Positions 60,395 to 64,000 of a DNA stretch of 64,000 nt are shown here, in pieces. The position numbers and the translations under genes were made by a program. Numbering within the stretch: position 1 is the first letter of the stretch; each line of letters begins with the position of its first letter. Under the pieces are notes generated by a model. The model was not told the origin of the DNA, did not search any database, and was given only the letters and a program-made list of their open reading frames with translations. This stretch comes from an uncultured Christensenellaceae bacterium (GTDB lineage: Bacteria > Bacillota > Clostridia > Christensenellales > UBA3700), in contig OZ006985.1 in the NCBI GenBank assembly GCA_963931165.1, positions 655,900 to 719,899 on the forward strand, in the 5' to 3' direction.

Positions 60395-61033
60395 ATGGAA
60401 CTCAACGTATATAACATGAAGGCGAAAGAAGTCGGCAAGATGAGCGTCAGCGACAGCGTGTTCGGCTGCGAATACAACGAAGCTCTCGTGCACCAGGTCG
60501 TCGTCGCATATCTCGCCAACCAGAGGCAGGGCAACAAGAGCACTTTGACCCGCAGCGAGGTCAGAGGCGGCGGCAAGAAGCCGTGGCGTCAAAAGGGCAC
60601 CGGCAGGGCTCGTCAGGGCTCCATCCGCAGCCCGCAATGGACGGGCGGCGGCGTCGTGTTCGCGCCCAAGCAGAGAGATTTCTCTCAAAAGGTCAACAAG
60701 AAGATGAAGAGGGCGGCGTTCGTCAGCGCGCTCTCCGCGAGGGTGGCGGACGGCGGTCTGACCGTTGTCGACAAGCTCGAGCTTGCGGAAGCTAAGACCA
60801 AGCTGATGGCGGCGGTCCTCAAGAATTTCGCGGTGAACGGCAAGGTTTTGGTCGTCACCGACGCCGATGACGAGAAGGTTTTGAGGGCGAGCGGCAACAT
60901 CCCCGGCTTGACCGTGACCAACGTCGATCTCGTCAATGTCTACGAGCTTGCCGCCAACGGCAAGTGCATCGTCACCAAGGCGGCGGTCGAAAAGCTCAAC
61001 GCCAAGTACGGCGCCGAGGAGGTAGCAGAATGA
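60395..61033 (+). CDS. rplD: 50S ribosomal protein L4
   Basis: GGGKKPWRQKGTGRARQGSIRSPQW. The start was set at MELNVYNM within tracked ORF 60125..61033. Confidence 0.95.
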   Translation: MELNVYNMKAKEVGKMSVSDSVFGCEYNEALVHQVVVAYLANQRQGNKSTLTRSEVRGGGKKPWRQKGTGRARQGSIRSPQWTGGGVVFAPKQRDFSQKVNKKMKRAAFVSALSARVADGGLTVVDKLELAEAKTKLMAAVLKNFAVNGKVLVVTDADDEKVLRASGNIPGLTVTNVDLVNVYELAANGKCIVTKAAVEKLNAKYGAEEVAE

Positions 61034-61320
61034 ACAAGTACGACATCATCATCAGCCCGATGCTGACCGAGAAGAGTTACGACGGCATACAGGCGAAGAG
61101 ATACACCTTCAAGGTGGACAAGAGAGCGACCAAGACTCAGATCAAAGTCGCGATCGAGGACATCTTCGGGGTCAAGGTCGAGAAAGTCAACACCGCCAAC
61201 TATGACGGCAAGAAGAAGCGCATGGGCAGATATGAAGGCATGACTTCTTCGTACAAGAAGGCGATCGTTCAGCTTTCCAAGGACAGCAAGCCCATCGAGT
61301 TCTTCGAGAGCTTGTCCTGA
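61030..61320 (+). CDS. rplW: 50S ribosomal protein L23
   Basis: ATGA overlap with rplD. The sequence is YDIIISPMLTEKSY...YTFKVDKRATKTQIK. Confidence 0.95.
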   Translation: MNKYDIIISPMLTEKSYDGIQAKRYTFKVDKRATKTQIKVAIEDIFGVKVEKVNTANYDGKKKRMGRYEGMTSSYKKAIVQLSKDSKPIEFFESLS

Positions 61321-61335
61321 TAGGAGGAACAGACA

Positions 61336-62160
61336 ATGGCACTTAAGAGATACAATCCGACTTCCGACGGCCGTCGTCACATGACGAGCCTCTCGTACAG
61401 CGAGATCACGACCGACAAGCCGGAGAGGAGCCTGCTCGAGAGCAGGAGCAAGACGGGCGGACGCAACGCAAACGGCCGCATCACCGTCAGACACATCGGC
61501 GGCGGCAACCGTGCTAAGTACCGCATCGTCGACTTCAAGCGCAACAAGGACGGCGTTCCCGCGAAGGTCGCGTCCATCGAGTACGATCCGTACAGAAGCG
61601 CGTTCATCGCCCTTCTCAACTATGCGGACGGCGAGAAGAGATACATCCTGGCTCCGGTCGGACTTCAAGTCGGCGACACCGTGATGAGCGGCGAGGGCGC
61701 GGACATCAAGGCGGGCAACGCGTTGCCTCTCGAGAAGATCCCCGTCGGTACCTTGGTCCACAACATCGAGATGCAGCCGGGCAAGGGCGGTCAGATCGCG
61801 AGAGCGGCGGGCGGCAGTGCTCAGCTGATGGCGAAAGAGGGCAAGTACGCCACGCTCAGACTTCCCAGCGGTGAGATGAGATACATCCTCGTCAAGTGCC
61901 GCGCGACGGTCGGTCAGGTGGGCAACCTCGAGCACGAGATCGTCAGCATCGGCAAGGCGGGACGTCATCGCCACATGGGCGTCAGACCGACCGTAAGAGG
62001 TGTGGTCATGAACCCGAACGACCACCCGCACGGCGGCGGCGAAGGCAAGTCCCCGATCGGTATGCCCAGCCCTGTGACCCCGTGGGGCGTTCCGACGCTC
62101 GGCCACAAGACCAGGCACAAGAACAAGAGCAACAAGATGATCATCAAGCGTATCAACTAA
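61336..62160 (+). CDS. rplB: 50S ribosomal protein L2
   Basis: [16 protein letters not shown], plus [13 protein letters not shown]. Confidence 0.97.
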   Translation: MALKRYNPTSDGRRHMTSLSYSEITTDKPERSLLESRSKTGGRNANGRITVRHIGGGNRAKYRIVDFKRNKDGVPAKVASIEYDPYRSAFIALLNYADGEKRYILAPVGLQVGDTVMSGEGADIKAGNALPLEKIPVGTLVHNIEMQPGKGGQIARAAGGSAQLMAKEGKYATLRLPSGEMRYILVKCRATVGQVGNLEHEIVSIGKAGRHRHMGVRPTVRGVVMNPNDHPHGGGEGKSPIGMPSPVTPWGVPTLGHKTRHKNKSNKMIIKRIN

Positions 62161-62176
62161 TGCGGAGGACAGGAGA

Positions 62177-62455
62177 ATGAGCAGATCTGTTAAGAAAGGG
62201 CCTTTCGTCGAAGAGAGGCTGATCAAGAGGATAATCGCCATGAACGAGGCGAACGAAAAGAAGGTCGTCAAGACCTGGTCGCGTTCTTCTACTATCTTCC
62301 CCGAGATGGTCGGACACACGATCGCCGTTCATGACGGACGCAAGCATGTTCCCGTCTACATCACCGAGGACATGGTCGGATGCAAGCTGGGCGAGTTCGC
62401 TCCCACGCGTACCTTCAAGGGCCACGCGGGCGAGAAGACCACCGGCAAGAAGTAA
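62177..62455 (+). CDS. rpsS: 30S ribosomal protein S19
   Basis: [15 protein letters not shown], plus [17 protein letters not shown]. Confidence 0.97.
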   Translation: MSRSVKKGPFVEERLIKRIIAMNEANEKKVVKTWSRSSTIFPEMVGHTIAVHDGRKHVPVYITEDMVGCKLGEFAPTRTFKGHAGEKTTGKK

Positions 62456-62472
62456 TTTGGAGGAGAGCTGAA

Positions 62473-62868
62473 ATGGCAAAGAGAATAAGAGAAAAAGCCG
62501 CGGCGCGCCAAGAGAGCGCGGACAAGCGTCCGAGAGCCGTCGCCAAGTATGTCAGGATCTCTCCCGACAAGGTCAGGGTCGTACTCGACGTCATCCGCGG
62601 GGCGGGTTACACCGAGGCGGTCGCGATCCTCAAATCGACTCGCAAGGCAGCTTGCGAACCGTTGCTCAAAGTGTTGAATTCCGCGGCTGCGAACGCCGAG
62701 AACAACCTCAACATGAGCAAGGGCGAGCTGTACGTTGCGGAGTGCTATGCCAACGCCGGTCCCATCCTCAAGAGGGTGATGCCCAGGGCGAAGGGCAGCG
62801 CTTCGAGGATCAACAAGAGGACCAGCCACATCACCGTCATTCTCGACACGAAAACGGAGGAGAGATAA
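62473..62868 (+). CDS. rplV: 50S ribosomal protein L22 (with a ~20-aa basic N-terminal extension)
   Basis: [22 protein letters not shown], plus [13 protein letters not shown]. Confidence 0.95.
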   Translation: MAKRIREKAAARQESADKRPRAVAKYVRISPDKVRVVLDVIRGAGYTEAVAILKSTRKAACEPLLKVLNSAAANAENNLNMSKGELYVAECYANAGPILKRVMPRAKGSASRINKRTSHITVILDTKTEER

Positions 62869-62869
62869 C

Positions 62870-63541
62870 ATGGGTCAGAAAGTCAGCCCCAAGGGCATGA
62901 GGATCGGCGTCAACAAGGAATGGGACGCGCAATGGTATGCGGACAAGAAATCCTTCTCCGACTACCTCATCGAGGATCACAAGATCAGAGAGTTCCTCAA
63001 GAAGAAGTATTATGATATGTCGCTCAGCCGCATCGCGATCAGCCGCATCAGCTCGGTCGGAGTGTTGACCATCAGCGTCTACACCTCCAAGCCGTCGCTG
63101 CTCATCGGCAAGAACGGCGCGGGCGTCAATCAGATGACCGAGGAGGTCAAGAAGATCTCCAAGAGCAAGGAAGTGAGCATCAACGTGTTCGAGGTCAAGA
63201 GACCGGACGTGGACGCTCAGCTCGTTGCGGAGAACATCGCCAAAGAGCTCGAGGAGAGGAAGTCTTTCCGCCGCGCGATGAAGTCGGCGATCGGCCGCGC
63301 GATGAGAGCGGGCGCCAAGGGAGTCAAGGTCATGGTTTCCGGCAGGCTCGACGGCGCCGAGATCGCAAGAAGCGAAAAGTATCATGAGGGATCCATCCCC
63401 CTTCAGACGCTCAGAGCGGATATCGATTACGGCTTTGCGCAGGCGAAGACGACGTTCGGTATCATCGGCGTCAAGACGTGGGTGTACAAGGGTGAGATCC
63501 TCGGCAAGACCGCTGTCACAGGCGAAGGAGGAAATGCATAA
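62870..63541 (+). CDS. rpsC: 30S ribosomal protein S3
   Basis: [24 protein letters not shown]. Confidence 0.97.
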   Translation: MGQKVSPKGMRIGVNKEWDAQWYADKKSFSDYLIEDHKIREFLKKKYYDMSLSRIAISRISSVGVLTISVYTSKPSLLIGKNGAGVNQMTEEVKKISKSKEVSINVFEVKRPDVDAQLVAENIAKELEERKSFRRAMKSAIGRAMRAGAKGVKVMVSGRLDGAEIARSEKYHEGSIPLQTLRADIDYGFAQAKTTFGIIGVKTWVYKGEILGKTAVTGEGGNA

Positions 63542-63987
63542 TGTTGATGCCTAAGAGAGTCAAGAGACGTCGCGTTCACCGCGGCAGGATGACGGGCAAG
63601 GCGACCAAGGGCAACCGCGTCGCGTACGGCGAGTACGGTTTGATGGCGCTTGAGCCGGGTTGGATCACCTCCAATCAGATCGAGGCTGCCCGTATCGCAA
63701 TGACCAGATATATCAAGAGAGGCGGCAAGGTGTGGATCGACATCTTCCCCCACAAGCCGATCACGAAGAAGCCTGCCGAGACCCGTATGGGTAGCGGTAA
63801 GGGAAGCGTCGAGTATTGGGTGGCGGTCGTCAAGCCGGGCAGAGTGATGTTCGAGATGGCGGGCGTTGCCGAAGAGGTCGCGAGAGAGGCGTTGCGTCTT
63901 GCGGGACACAAGCTCCCTGTCAAGTGCAAGTTCGTCAAGGCGGAAGCTGCCGAGCAGAGCGAGGTGAACAACGATGAAAACAACTAA
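63541..63987 (+). CDS. rplP: 50S ribosomal protein L16 (short acidic C-terminal extension)
   Basis: [17 protein letters not shown], plus [26 protein letters not shown]. Confidence 0.97.
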   Translation: MLMPKRVKRRRVHRGRMTGKATKGNRVAYGEYGLMALEPGWITSNQIEAARIAMTRYIKRGGKVWIDIFPHKPITKKPAETRMGSGKGSVEYWVAVVKPGRVMFEMAGVAEEVAREALRLAGHKLPVKCKFVKAEAAEQSEVNNDENN

Positions 63988-64000
63988 TTTTTTCGAAATG
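63974..64000 (+). CDS. rpmC: Probable start of 50S ribosomal protein L29 (cut by the window edge)
   Basis: GAGGTG SD followed by ATG, overlapping the rplP end. Only 9 codons are visible, so the call rests on conserved S3-L16-L29 gene order. Confidence 0.45.

Overview
This is a 64-kb window at about 60% GC from an endospore-forming Firmicute that looks like a member of the Clostridia. The sporulation evidence is sleB-ypeB, spoIIE, a gerA-type operon and a SipL-like coat protein. All gene and family names come from reading motifs in the supplied translations by eye. No database search was run.

Gene content from left to right:
- the 3' part of a giant cell-surface protein (Listeria-Bacteroides repeats plus BspA-type LRRs), followed by an orphan copy of its C-terminal module
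- a small unannotated minus-strand ORF and an rlmD-like methyltransferase
- a divergent two-gene membrane operon, two TetR regulators and a heterodimeric ABC exporter
- a DUF3793-like gene and a flavodoxin
- a lower-GC accessory block (GNAT, two SAM methyltransferases, a membrane protein)
- a ZIP metal importer and a DtxR/MntR regulator, separated by an AT-rich insertion bounded by ~240-bp direct repeats
- a sipL-like gene and ispE, then sleB-ypeB
- an aldo/keto reductase, an ECF S-component-like protein and a DUF1893-like protein
- spoIIE diverging from a gerA-type operon
- a HydABC electron-bifurcating [FeFe] hydrogenase
- trmL-gltX and a GPH symporter
- a six-gene polyamine operon behind a ~300-nt structured leader
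- an SPFH / zinc-ribbon gene pair
- an ArsR-HMA-P1B-ATPase metal efflux module
- a repeat-rich spacer and a second giant repeat lipoprotein
- the start of the S10 ribosomal-protein operon (rpsJ to rplP)

No tRNA, rRNA, CRISPR array, transposase or integrase was recognised.

The observations most worth following up:
1. the structured leader and proline-rich uORF upstream of the polyamine operon
2. the AT-rich two-peptide insertion flanked by diverged copies of the ZIP 3' end and dtxR promoter
3. the inverted-repeat and 94-bp tandem array downstream of the metal ATPase
4. a set of genes whose start codon lies exactly 6 nt after a perfect TATAAT (leaderless architecture)
5. two palindromic operator families, AGTTCGCATAWGCGAACT x3 and TAACA-N-TGTTA x3
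6. the truncated C-terminal cassette downstream of the first surface protein
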